Positions 1 through 13,461 of a stretch of 64,000 nt of DNA are shown here, in pieces. The stretch covers positions 14,322,001 through 14,386,000 of the forward strand of contig NC_045138.2 of NCBI RefSeq assembly GCF_008831285.2. The letters are read 5' to 3'. The notes beneath the pieces were generated by a model. It saw nothing but the letters and a program-made list of their open reading frames with translations, was not told where the DNA came from and made no database searches. A program made the translations under genes and the position numbers. Source of the stretch: Nymphaea colorata (taxonomy: Eukaryota). Numbering within the stretch: the first letter of the stretch is position 1; every line of letters begins with the position of its first letter.

Positions 1-244
1 CTCTATGCTATGTCTTCTGGATATGTTGACCAGATTTATCACACAAATCTGAATAAACATTGAAAGAAATTATAGACTAGGACATCAAAAAAGAGCTTGA
101 CCTTTTTCCTGTTAATTGCAATTTATGTTTGTATTCATGTATTGTGATACTTTCACCATCTAATTCTATAAAATTGTATAAATAAGATTCCTTTTTTGGT
201 AACAATAATTTGCACATGTCTAACCTGGTCTTGTTGATCTGTAG

Positions 245-3200
245 TTTTTTCTCTTGCAAAGCTAATGAATGTCTCTGAAGAATATGGGGCGCTCTCTGCA
301 ATTGCAAGGTTTGTCATGATAGATATGTGCATCCCATGACAACATAAACATGCAGATGTACAGCATTGGAGTGTGCAATTTGCCACTTCCTTGTAACATC
401 ACTGGATAGCATGCATAGACAATTTCGGTTGAACATATCATTCAGTTGTGCCGTTGTAAGCTATGTTTCCCCCCTTGTAACTTCACATGTGGATTGGTTT
501 GCCTTACAGGCAAGGTTCTGGAAGTGCTTGTCGAAGTCTCTATGGTGGATTTGTCAAGTGGGTGATGGGCAATGTAAGTTTTATGGTTCAAGTCCGCTAT
601 ATATTCAGTCTTGGTTGTTATAAGTCAATCTTTTAACATTATATTTTTTTTCTTCAAGGATTCATCAGGAAGTGATAGCATTGCTGTACAGCTGGTCAAT
701 GAAGCTCATTGGAGTGACCTTGTTATTCTTATTGCAGTGGTAGATTTCCGCTTGCACCTTAGACCAAACATAGATGAGAAGACTGTGATTTCTGTTTTCT
801 GTTTTAGTTTTACATTTATGTCTCATCTATAAGCTTTGCACTTAGTTGGTTTTGCTTTGTTTTTCTTACTGTTCTGTTGCTACCCATTTTATTCTAAATC
901 TAGAAAAGAGGAAAGATGATTTTGGAGAAAAGGAAAGGGGAAGTGGGATATGTTCTGTTCTCGAAGTGTAGAGGTCTGTATTAGGATTTAGTTCAAATGA
1001 AAAGATGTGTAAAGACCATAGCTAGTAGAGCAGTTTACTAATGCAGTAAAACCTGGGCTGACATGAGCATAACTTGAGTCGCATTGACAAATAATCTCAC
1101 AGAGAAACTTATTCCGCAACAGTAATTTGTGCATCATAGAGACCATAATGCTGACTTTTTTTTATACAAGGAAGCCATAAGGTGGAGTTTGTGCACCTGT
1201 GACGGTCATCCAGATAACTAGTTTTCTGGAGACTTGTATGTTGTCACTGATCTTCAGATTCTTATAATTCTATCCATGCTGCAGGTAAGTTCCCGTCAAA
1301 AGGAGACAAGTAGTACTACTGGAATGCGTGAAAGTGTTGAAACAAGTCCACTGTTGCATCACCGATCAAAGGTAAAAATTTAACTAGTTATGGATGCTTT
1401 CCTGAAATTCTGTGGTATAATATACAAGGGACTTGCATAATATTTTCTAGAATATTGAATTTTTCTGATGTTAAGGTGGGAAGTAGATTTTCTATTAATT
1501 TATCCTGTCATGTATCGTTTTCCAATGCTTATATACTGCTTAGTGAAGAATAAACCCTGCTACATACAACATTACTTGGTGAATGTACAGTCACATGGGT
1601 TTAATTCATGCAAATTTATTTTATTTGTATGGATTTAGCAAATCAGAACGAGATGCTGCTTATTGCCATTTGTTTGGATGAAAACTGAACTGTATTTGTG
1701 AAAGTGATTATTTGTTTTGTCTGATGCGAAATACCTGATTTCATAGGATAAATTCTTGTTAGTTTTAGAATTTTAAAAGCCTTTTTGCCTAAGTAGTTTG
1801 TCATTCACAGGTTGTAGTTCCTAGCTTTTCATAGGATTAAACCATTTCTAGATTCTAGTTAGTTTTAGAATTTTAAAAGTTTTTTTGCCTAAGTAGTTTG
1901 TCATTCACAGGTTGTAGTTCCTAGCCGCATAGTGCAAATGGAAGAAGCTATAAGAAGCCGTGATTTTGCATCTTTTGCAAGTCTAACTTGTGCAGATAGC
2001 AATCAGTTTCATGCTGTCTGCTTGGACACATCCCCCCCAATCTTCTACATGAATGACACGTCACATAGGCATGTTCCTATACTCTGTCTTCTTCTTCTTC
2101 TAAATACTTTGGCTGGGGCATTGAAGTATCCTTTTCTTTTCAATAAATTCTTGTCTTGATAATTTTGGACTCATTTTGCACTGAACCAAAAGGTGTTTTG
2201 TGATTTTAGGATAATCAGCTGCATTGAAAGATGGAACAAGCTTAAAGGTACCCCACAGGTTTGTATGCCCCTAATCTGCAGTAATTCTTAGTAATTTCAT
2301 CTGTGAGAAATAAGAATAAGCTGCCTTTCTCACGATTCTATTCAATCAGTTAAATTGATGAGTCTGAGGTCAGATTTTAAATCTGGTGCTGATTTTGAGC
2401 ATCAGGTCACATGTGGCTCCGAAGTATGGCCTTTTTGGTTTAATGGGTCCATGAAAACTGTTCTTAGCAGATTTCAGTTTAAAATCATTAGGTCCAATAA
2501 GAACAGTCATCACCTTGATCAGGTTTAAGTGTCTATAGGGTGCTCTTTGTTTGATGTTCTGAAAAATTTATTCACTGATTCATATGGGTTCACCTAGATG
2601 TATGATGTCCAGAAAAAGGGAAAAGAAAAAGGTCCGACCCCTGTTGGACTGGCCTTTTCTTCATTTCAGACTAACAGCATTATGGAGAATGAGTTTGGCC
2701 TTGGTGAATTTTACCAGTCTTGAGTTGCCACTGTACTTGAAGAATAGACTTCCGAGATTGGATGAAAATGTGTCAAGCTCAGTAAGTTAGACTCAAGAAG
2801 TGAAGTCCAGGGGAAGGTATAGGTGGTCTCCTAACTTGAAGATGGGACTGAGAGTTTCTATGGAAGCATCGTGTGGTTGTGGCCGGGAAGTTTTTGGGTC
2901 TATCACTCTATATTATCATCTTAACATGGAGCAAAGGAAATTTTACTGAGGTGATGGCAATGTGAGCTGTCTTAGTTAGGCACTGGACATAACCCCTACT
3001 AGAGCCCATGTGATGGTCCAAGAGGCTCCAAACAATGTCTCATCAATTGACATGGAATGACTTTTGTTTTTTAGATGGATTAACATGTTTGTCAGTTTGC
3101 ATATTGATATATTGTTACTCAAGTTTCCTGTTGTATCTCATATGCTTTTCGGTTTACAATTTTGGAGTATTTTTGTCATATACTTATATTATCGAAATCT

Positions 3201-4017
3201 TAAAGCTGCTTGTCTGCATCGGTTGACAAAGATGGTAAATTGTGGCAGGTAGCATATACTTTTGATGCTGGTCCAAATGCAGTGATGATTGCTCCAAACA
3301 GAAAAACTGCTACCGATCTTCTTTGTAGGATGCTCTATTACTTCCCTCCATCTCCAGATACAGAATTGTCCAGGTATGCTAGCTCAGCTTCATTTATTGA
3401 TGCATGTCAAGCAGTGTGTAACTTGGGAAATTTAAGTGTTCAAGCTGGTGTGCTGTTGGGACCATGTCTAGATGCACCTGACGATTTTAGTTACATAGGT
3501 TAGGTTGTGGTAGTCTTCCTATTGCAGCTTAAACGTAATGAGCTAAAGAATGCAACTATACCTGTAAGTGTGGGGTAGAATTAGGATGTTAGTGGGTGCT
3601 CTAAAATGTCCTTATATATTTGGCAACACTAGTTTGGTGTTAATGGATTTGATTGCTCTGTGACAACCCTTTCCATGCCGATATCATGGGTTATTGGTTC
3701 ATGTTAGTTGGTGAGGGTTGTGGGTGCCTACTATCCTCGGCACTGGGTACGTTACAAATGCACATGTATTTTAACTGTTGCCATGCTTTTTCTCCAGTTA
3801 CATATTGGGCGACAAAACCATTCTGCAAGAAGCAGGTCTGAAATCGATGGGAGATGTGGAAGCTCTTCCACCACCGCCTGAGATGGCAGACAAGCTTACT
3901 TCTAGAGTCAGTGGGGAGGTTAGCTACTTCATCTGCACGAAGCCTGGCCAAGGACCTGTACTACTAGCTGATGAAAACGAATCACTTTTGCATCCTCAAA
4001 CAGGTCTGCCAAAGTGA
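245..4017 (+). CDS. MVD: Diphosphomevalonate decarboxylase (GHMP kinase family), 5'-truncated by the window edge
   Basis: Exons 245-308, 510-573, 659-739, 1285-1371, 1911-2068, 2210-2258, 3249-3373 and 3798-4017 splice in frame to ...[109 protein letters not shown]. These are diagnostic MVD motifs. All introns are GT-AG except 2069-2209 (GC-AG). Confidence 0.96.
1739..1925 (+). repeat. Tandem duplication (period 100 bp) covering an MVD splice acceptor and the first 15 exon bases
   Basis: 1758-1825 vs 1858-1925: 66/68 identical. TTTCATAGGAT occurs at 1739 and 1827. Confidence 0.95.
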
Positions 4018-5049
4018 TGCCAGCCTCATCAAGTACCGTGTTAACTGCTGCTGTGTGCCGTCTTCAATTAGTAGCTAAGTCCAAAGCCTATTAAGTTTCG
4101 ACTGTCTGTAATTGTATTTCAGGACAGATTTTTGTTGTCATATACTTTGTATCTCCCTGCTAATCTTACATGGATGGCTTGCTGGTTGCAACTGTGAACA
4201 CTTTTTTTGCGGCCTTCCTTTCTGCAACTGAAGTTTTGTGGTAGTTCTGAATTACAGAAAGCTTGGTCTGGGAAATACTAACAACTTCCAGTTTGTCTTC
4301 GTATAAGTCTTGATGAATAGTTGGTTGGACATCAACTGGCTTGATTAAGTGCATGAGAAGCCACCTGGTGACCTGGGCCTGAGCCATGGCCTGGTGATGA
4401 TCTGACCAAACTCATACTGGGCCTTGGCCATCCCTCGACTGGTATGAACTGTTAGTAGAGATAGAACTTGCCATGGTTTGCGAGCTGGAGGCAGCTGAAT
4501 TTGGCAGCTACCAACTGGGTCATTAACAATAAAAGGAGCTAACGAGGAAGACGAGGCATGAGAGAGATGGAGGTAGTCCCCTACCAGCAACCACCCTTGA
4601 CGATTATGGATATCCATTAGCCCGTTTAATAATCTTACATTTTACATAACGCATCTGTCATCGTGCAGGGCCATTCCTTAGGCAATCCATGCCAAAATCT
4701 CTTCCAGGAGGCCGTTTTCTGATATTGATGGTGAAAGGCCTCAAAGATGTCATTCCTCTGATAAAGCGAAGTAATTGATCTTGCACAATATGATCTCAAA
4801 ACGTAAAAAGTACGAGAATATGTGCACAAGACTGGAACTTGCGTTAAGCTTCTGAACTATGCCGACGAAGCTAAAAGTGCAGCAAATGAAACTGAGGGAA
4901 TTTATCCACAACGTGAATTAGCACATATTTTGTAACCGAAAGCAGTAAAAATAATAGAGTGCCTACTGAAAGGAGAAACCTCCCAAGAGAAGGATATCGT
5001 GTGACACTGTGCTGGGGGGACTGGGGAGACAACAGTGATGAGAACATCC

Positions 5050-7597
5050 TTAAACAACGGACAAGTTTGTCGGTTTCTTTCCCAGCAAAAGTGCCCTCAT
5101 AATTGCATCAACAAAATTGTTGTCACACACGAACATGTGTCCTGCACCTCTGATCTCATGGTACTGTATCCATGGCAGTTTCTTTGCGATGTAGTTCTGT
5201 AGCAGCACTGGCACAAACCCGTCCTCATCACCTTGCCAAAGGTGAACAGCACCCTCATTGTTAGGAAATGGGTTCTTAAGGTCCATGGGATCGAACTCCC
5301 AACTTCCGAATCCAATAATTACATCGCGATTGAGGCATTCATATTCACCTTGCTGCCTTACTTCATTCTGAATAGTGAAACAACCAAACAAGAGGAAAGC
5401 AAAACAAAGGGACTTATCAGGAAGAGGAATGCATTCTAGAGAAAAAGCAGCAGATCCAAGTGATCAGTTCTTCTTGTGTTACTATCATGATCATTAACTC
5501 TTCTTCAAACTCAAAAAGTTCAATAATAGGCTAATAACGTGAAAATTCTTCTCTAGGCATGAAGAATGTGAACATGTTTTTGATTTACATTTCTTCAATT
5601 TATTGTACATGCCCGCATGGGCAAGATTCAAAGATCACGTGTGAAAACCAAAGTTTTACAGAAGTTGAAGAGCGTTAAATTTCCTCATTTCTTTAGGACA
5701 CTCTCACATGGGTACGATTCAAATACCAAATTGATATCATGTGAAGAATGTTTGGAACTTGGAAGGTTTCTGTTCCCTATGAGTTATCTCGATTCTCAAC
5801 CATTTATAATTACATCAGTTCCAAAAACAAACTGAAACATATAAAAGGCCGAGAAGGGTTTGATAGAGCACAGACATTTGTTACTTTTGTAGACAAAATT
5901 GAGCGTTGAGTTCACTGCAAACACAACTAAAATATGCTAAACTTACTTCATGAGGCAAATTTTGATACTTGTCTGAAAGTGACCTATCATGGGCATTGTA
6001 GAGTTTTGGATCGTCTGCTTCAACACTCGACGCAGGAAACAATTTCTGAGTCATCCACCAGTATGTTAACCAAGGCAGATAGTGAGCAACTCGAAGCATC
6101 CACTGATCTTGTACAAATTGCTGGGAATATGCCTCTTTAGATAGTTTGGCGGGAAAACCAGACCACCAATAGTTAACGACAGGAGCCAAAAATGTTGCCC
6201 CTGCCAACCTGCATTTTCAATATCGAACATTACCATCCATACCCACTGAATAAAAAGGGCAACTCAGGCAGGAGATCAGAGAATTGAAATTTTACAGTAC
6301 CAAGATAGTAGTATCCAGGCACCTTAGACGCATGTTATATTACACTAGAAATGGTAATGCGATTAACTGGAAGCTTCTTTGGTAGATAGACGAATTCGTA
6401 AAGCAGTCAAGAATTTCAGTGTTATTTTGAATTCCAAGTACTGCATTTTCTTTGTCATTTTGAATCAGCTGATATTGCCGTCAAGATATTTTTACCACCA
6501 TTTTTTGTTCCTTGTACATTTCAAAACTCTGTATATTGGTTTTTTCCTATTTTGTAAGAACAACAGTAAAACACATGACTTGTACCGGTAAAATACCAAC
6601 CATTTCAACTATCAAATACTTTTCATGTCTTCCATTTCCCTACTCCTTCCGTGGAAAAGCTACATTTTGGAAAAAAGGAGATATTGAGAAAAACTTGCCA
6701 AGAAATAGCATTAACTAGCTAAAAAGAGAAATCCGTTCTTCGTTGCCATCAGGGAAATGAAATAGCTCTACCTATTAACAGCATGAAGAAGTTCAAATCA
6801 ACCACGACAAATTGAAGATGAGAATGTTACCAGGAGGAGCAGATCGAATATCAAAATTTTCAAAAGAGGGGTTCTTCTAACTTATGTCTTCATTACCTGT
6901 GGGGTATGTACTTGAGGCAACTCCAAACATGCTGGCCTCCCATGGAAAAGCCAATAACATAGAACTTAGGACCAAGCTGCAAACTATCTGCAAGATCTTC
7001 AACGTCGAGTGCTTTGCTTTTAACAGATTGTCTGGGATGTGGATCACTCTGTCCATACCCTGGTCTGTCAATGGCCACAAAATAGGCATCCAACTCTTCC
7101 AACAGATCCTGATCACCCAAAATAAGTTAGTCAAGTGTTCCTGCTGAAGACACCACACAGGAAAAGATGAGCTTTTCTGGTGGTTGAAGTAGAGTTTTTC
7201 TGGTTTTAGATGGGGAAACGCCAGTCAGTATTCAGCAAGTCTAAAATACTTGGGAGTTTTCCTTCATCATTAGCGAAGAAGAAAAAAGGAAGAAGAAAGA
7301 AAACCTAGATGAACACAAGCAGCAGAACAGAGAAAAGAATTCTACCATTGTTACAGGCAAAGCATCGAGGCGACATTGATCAAAACCATGAACATAGATG
7401 ATCTTATGTTTTGCTCTCTCTTTAGGCACCCCCAGCTCTTTGTACGCTAGATATCTTCCATCTCTGAGCTTTATTCTAGTTGCTGTGACAGGAGGACCGT
7501 TCCGAGAGCCGCATATCTTAGGAGGAGGTGGCTTGATTGCCTGGTAAACCCATGCTACAACACCCACCAACCCAACTATGGCGATTTGGGCAAGCAT
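5050..7597 (-). CDS. Alpha/beta-hydrolase (esterase/lipase-like) with N-terminal membrane anchor, paralogue 1, ~347 aa
   Basis: Exons 7597-7346, 7108-6897, 6208-5947 and 5367-5050 (GT-AG, frame preserved). Motifs: hydrophobic N-terminus, PPPPKICGS, HGFD, DRPGYGQSDP, nucleophile elbow GFSMG, APVVNYWW, HLWQGDED (Asp), GAGH (His). A TTGCAG acceptor lies 2 nt before the ATG, implying an upstream exon. Confidence 0.93.
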
Positions 7598-8473
7598 AAC
7601 TGCAAGAGATTTGGATTCAACATCAAATATTTTGCTTTCAAGTAATAGTCAATTCATTTTCGGAGGGTCAAAAGTTTATAGCATTAAGAGCCAGAACACC
7701 AGAAGTGAAAAAACACCAAGAACAAAACTAATAGGGAAAATGTCAACAGAGAGTAAGAGTACTGAGCGAACAGGAGAGAAATTAAAGCGTCTTCTTGAAC
7801 TCAAGTGCTCCCAAGATTTCTCAGTTTGGCTCTTTTTCTTTTGGTACCAGAGGTTGGAGCTGAATCAATGGTTCCTTTTGAAAATTTTTAAACCAGCAAT
7901 TTTGTTATAAGATTAAAGCCGTGAAGAAAACTACAACAGTAGATAAACGTCATTATCTCTACCGATCACTTCTCCACCTTTTCTGTCACGCAATCTTCGT
8001 TTGCTCCTTTGTGAAGGTATCTATTGAAAGACTCAATGTATCGACAGCATAAAAAAGTCTCGTTGAATCACAATAAACACAAAAAGGAAACAGAGAGGGA
8101 ATTTGACCTATGATAGCGTTGCCATCTTCTTTAAGCTTCATTAGCTTATTTCTTCGTTATCATTCACCAACACTTGCAGTAAGGCATTTTTAAGGAAAAA
8201 AAATACAGAAGGTAATAGCCTTTCTTTTTGAGTTGCAAACTTCCAGGACCTTGCATTCCTTATTTTCAAAAAGTGAGAAAGAATAGGAATACCAGGAAAA
8301 CCAGGAATCAGCACCACAACGAAAGAAGCAAAGAGATTATCATCCTCCATTATGAAATCATTCTCTTTGATAAGATGACAAATAACAAATGAGGTGAAAA
8401 GAACTTCAACCAGGGTTCACCCAGTATTTAAGGTGGGATCTAGAACGGCTAGAAATTTTTGAGAAGAAGGCGG

Positions 8474-8585
8474 GAAAAGATTAAAGCCTTCCATTGACAC
8501 ACAAAAGCAGCAAATTGAAAAAGAATGAGAAAAAGACTAAAGCCTTTCACTGACACAAAAAAGCAGCAAATGAAGAGAAAGAATG
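8474..8585. repeat. Two-copy tandem repeat, ~56 bp unit
   Basis: AAAAGA(T/C)TAAAGCCTT(C/T)CA(T/C)TGACACA(C/A)AAAAGCAGCAAAT...AAAGAATG occurs twice. Confidence 0.9.
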
Positions 8586-11057
8586 CCAACAGAAAATGGA
8601 GACTCGACCTGACGATGGAAGAGATTCAACTGTTCTGGTGCGCCTTGCTTTGCTTGCCCTGCTGTTTTCTAGCCGAACTCGTTACTTTATATTGTCTGGT
8701 AACTTGGCCCAAAGAAGCAGACCATTTCAGAAAAGGGCGAAGATGATAAATTAGTATTTCTTCGTTTTTCCTTCGTCAAGAGGATGAATATGACAAATTA
8801 GCATTATTTGTTGACTAATACACTTTTTCGTTCCTTCCGATTAAAACGCCGAACGAATCATCGGCTATCAAATTATCCATCTAACCATGAAAAGCATTCA
8901 ACAGTCATTGTTTGAAACTGTCTTCTTCCATGTGGTAGAATTTATTGCACATTAGTTTATGTATTTGACTACCAATTGTTGTTCGTTTGCTTGCCAGTTT
9001 CCAGAATGGACCATTAAGAGAAAATGTTTGTAGTACAATAGTGGAATACATTGATTTTTACTAGTTCGACCACTTTTTGTTCCGAAGTTAAAACACTTCT
9101 TTTCTTAAAAGGAAAAATCTTCAAAAAGAGAGAGCTGAAAGTGCCTATGAAATAAGAAAAGATTCGGTGAAAACATAAGCGTTACAAAAACATAAGAAAT
9201 GCTGCATCTAACATATGATTGCGTTTTTTGAGGTTAGGTTTTATTCAAGTACTGAAAGAGAAGAACGACATTTTCATGAGCATTTGGTGAGGAATAGCTT
9301 GGTTTAGGACACTATCTTTAGACCATATCAAATACAGTCTTCCTGTTTCTGATTATCTTGATACGAGTTTCACTTTTGCTTGTCAACTAAGGGCTTACCT
9401 TTATTTGATTCTAGTTCTAAGGCATATATCCATGATTATTATGATAAAAATAAGAAACCCATTTAATATATATGTATGCTTTTCTTCATAAAATTGGTTT
9501 GTTTTGTCAAAAGTAGTTCTAAATAATAGTTTCTTGTAGAACTTAACGAAGTTGGTAAGACATAAATAAAATCCATTTGAGAGGTAAACCCTAGGTGATC
9601 AACGTTATGAACTCCCCGCTCCCACCCACCACCAACACCAGATTCCACAACCAAGTCTTTCATAAGATTCGACAAGATCCAGCATGAGGGCCACACAGCA
9701 TCAAATGCAAATCCGACTCTCTGGGACTTGAAAGAAAATTATGAGTTCATATGATTTGAAATTTGGAAACGAAAATCTGGATATCTTAAGATCTGAGATG
9801 CTTTCGTCTTCATAATCTGAACTAATTTGAGAATTCCTTCTTTCATCTGCAATATAAGAAACAGCCAACCACCGATAGTTGACGGAGAGCATCAAGAGAC
9901 AAGTGAGAGAAAGTGGTAGATTGGGCAATTGCAAGCCACATGAAACGAATAATTGAAAGCATGTGGTCTCATATCTCCTTTTATAATAACCAGAAAACTG
10001 GGAACGAGTAGCCCTTCGTCTGGTTCGTTTATGGCTCAATTATTAAAAAGGAGCAAGTGGATGTTCTTTTTATTTTTAAAGTTTGTGTAGTGTCCGTTTG
10101 GATTTCGTCGGATTTTTGATTTTTTTTTTTTTATATAAAATGTTTCAGGTTAAAAGCTTAAATTAATACACCAATTCGGGCTGACTCATAGTGGGTTGTT
10201 CTATTTTTCATGAAACAATGACTGCCCATATATTGATTACGTTTGTGAGATATGAGACGACAACCAAAAAAAGGAAAAATAAAAAATACAGATGCTTCTT
10301 GTAAAGAATCACTCTTTTGTTTTTAGCTGAGAAAGACAATTTATTTTTAATAATTTTATTTTTGTTATTTTATATTAAAAACTTAATGCTCAAGATACTT
10401 CACAAAAGTTTATCTTTTATATATTTTTTTAAAGGTGAGTCCTAAGAAAGCAACTGGTCCCCCTTTATATGTTCGCTAGTTCATAAAGCATGTTTCTGAA
10501 AAAAAGAGATTTTTCTTATAAGAGGCCCAGTATGCTACCAACCTTACTTCTTCCTTTTCATATTATTTTTTTGCCAACAAATGGTTTCTATATTCCCACT
10601 CCAAAATTATAAACTTATAACTTATTAATCATTATTTTATTTAAATATTAACTGACCCAAACCCACACTGCTCCAATCGGCCCCATATTCACCGATATTT
10701 GAAAAAGCCCCTGCAGCAACACAGTGAGGGGCCGATCATGTCGGGCCGGACCGCTATTGACAGTGTTGCTTATAAATATTTTAATATTTAAGAATTTAAG
10801 ATAACTTCACTGCTCTCGGGTGGGACCGGAAGTCCTTCGGCCGCGCCAAATTTTGAATTTCAAAAATTTATTAGATGTTAAAAATAAAACGTTATGGCTC
10901 TTAAAATTTCCCTTACAACCTGTTGGGATGAAGAGAAATGTGTGAGTTTCAAATTTCTTTTAAACGGTAGGGTAAAATACTCTTCTTGCTCACCAAGCTC
11001 TCGCATCTCTCAATTGGCACAAGGGTCTCACAATCTTTTATGCCCATTCATCATATG

Positions 11058-11233
11058 TAGTAGAGAAGACACCATAGGATTGGTGTAGGCAACTGCCCAC
11101 CTTAGCCTGCACAATTCTTTATAAAATTTCTATTTATTATGTATTGGACTCGCGCCTAACCATATGGGGTGCCCACACCAAACGCATATATGCACCAGTG
11201 TCGCTCTGCTAAAATTTTCTGACTCTGTCACTA
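11058..11233. mobile_element. Degenerate hAT-like MITE
   Basis: Ends AAATTTTCTGACTCTGTCACTA (decayed TIR). Internal GGTGTAGGCAACTGCCCAC resembles GGTGTGGGCAGTGGCCCAC in the 60422 element. Flanks match 5/8. Confidence 0.4.
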
Positions 11234-13294
11234 ATTGGATGAGGGTAGATATTACCTTCTTCGTACTTATTTGTAGTCAATCAAGATAGGAGATTTCCAA
11301 ATGAAATTTGAAATTAAAAGAAAAAAATAGGTCTTTTTTGGCAGGTCCGGTTGTTTTTGAGAAGATTAGGTGGGAAAGCGAAGTTTGAATGGCCAAAAAC
11401 ACAAGGAAAGCCCTATGCACGCATCTTCCATATCTCTCTCTCTCTCTCTCTCTCTAGAAAGAATACGTTACTATGTTTCAAACAATAAATGACATTTTTA
11501 TTGAAAGGGACTAGAGTTGAATAATTGTAAAGAAATATTAGTGTTAAAATCTTAGCCATCGGTCACTTTCAGAAACCAAGATGACTTGACTGTCATATCA
11601 TATATTTTAATTCCAACTATATAGCAGTCAATTTCTCCATAAAACATGTTATTTCGTGGAAGAAACAAATATGATCATGCTAAAAGAAATGAAATGAGCA
11701 TGTGCAACAAGACTACTTACTTATTCTTAGTTGGAGAGAAATGAAACTAGCAAAAATGATAAGAAATACAAGGGAGTTGAAAGCTGCCGGCCAGTGTCCA
11801 TTGCCGGACGGATAAAATTAAATTTTACGATATTAAAAGGTGTCGTAAATGGTTTCTAGTCATGGGACACATTATTGTGACAGTTTTTAGCATCACAAAA
11901 TTAATAAAAAAAAAACTCATATGAGAATAAATGTTGGCTGGCTGATTTCGAATTTTTATCAAATACAAAGTAAGATATTGACAAGCTCATCCCCACGGCT
12001 TTGGTTGAACAAAATAAACCCACGACTTGTGTAGACTCTGACAGAGAGCAAAGTTGTTAAGAGGATGCATTATGGTGTAAATTAATTTTAATGCCAAATT
12101 TGTAAAACATGTTGTATTAATAAAAATAATGGAAAAATATGGAAATAAATAATTAAAAGGACAAGTATACACACACACAACAGTATAGATAAAAGCCATT
12201 CTTAACAAGCATCTAATAATTAAATAGCACAAACAGATCATATTTGACAAAATATGTCACACCCAAAACACAAATCATGGTTTCCTTTGCTAAGATTGCC
12301 CTGTCGGCCAATTCAAAAGAGATTTTCCATCCAACAATTGAATAAATAAATAAATAAAATGTGGGGGTGGGGGTGTGAGGGAGATGGGTAGATGCCAAAT
12401 CCTTGTTGGAAAAAGTCTCTCTCTCTCTATATATATATATATACATATAATCAGCATTGAGCAGTTTAACATTATATATGTATTTGCATATAAAAATTTC
12501 AAATTTGGTAAAGCTAGCCAAACTTTAAATTTGGTGTAGTTTCAAAATTTTGGTAGGGACCAAAATCTATTTTTTCAAAAATTTTATATAATATAAATGT
12601 TTTTTTTTAAATTTACATGTTAATTTAAAAAAAATTAAGGGGAGCCGGCCCTTGGTTCAACCAACAATTGAATAAATAAATAAATAAATAAAATTCTCAG
12701 ACGGCCTTAAAATTTGATGAAGTCGATATCGAAGTGGGAATGGAACCTATGGCAATGAGTTGGTTTAAGAATCTCAAGAGCAAGAGTTTGTTTGAGACTC
12801 TTAGAGGGAAGGAACAATATTTATATTCCTCGAAGCAAACTTCGATGTTATTAAAATTGTGTATTTCAAGAACATGTATCTTAAGAAAAAAAAAAGATAC
12901 AATGTTCGCATAAAGTATTGGCGTGGCTCTTTTATCTCTATTTCGGGCACATTTACAGAAAATAGAAAATCACGAATCTTGGCAGAAGACAAAGGGGGAA
13001 AAAAATTTGAGAGCTAGGCAAATCATGTATTAGAAATTTGGTAGTTGTTGATATGCAAAGACTTTTTTTTTTTTTTTTTAATTATTAGTGGAGTTACACC
13101 TTTCAACTGTTGCTTGACTTACTTTAGTCACAAGTGGTACCTCTCAACCAAACATATCTGGTTTCACTAGTATATATATATATATATATATATATTTGAA
13201 TTTTTAAGGTTTTGACTTGTTTTGAGTGCTTGGGTGATATATATATATATGTATGGGGTTTGAGTGAACTTAAGTTAAATCATTCAACTTGAGT

Positions 13295-13461
13295 GTCGCA
13301 CTGACCATCATCTACATTTCAGAAAAACTGCTAAAACATGACAACGATTATGAGATTCATATCTCAAACCCCTTAAAAGTCGCACTGACCATCATTTACA
13401 TTTCAGAAAAACTGCTAAAACATGACAACGATTATGAGATTCATCTCTCAAACCCCTTAAA
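13295..13461. repeat. Two-copy tandem repeat, 84 bp unit
   Basis: GTCGCACTGACCATCAT(C/T)TACATTTCAGAAAAACTGC...CAAACCCCTTAAA starts at 13295 and 13379, with about 2 mismatches. Confidence 0.95.
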
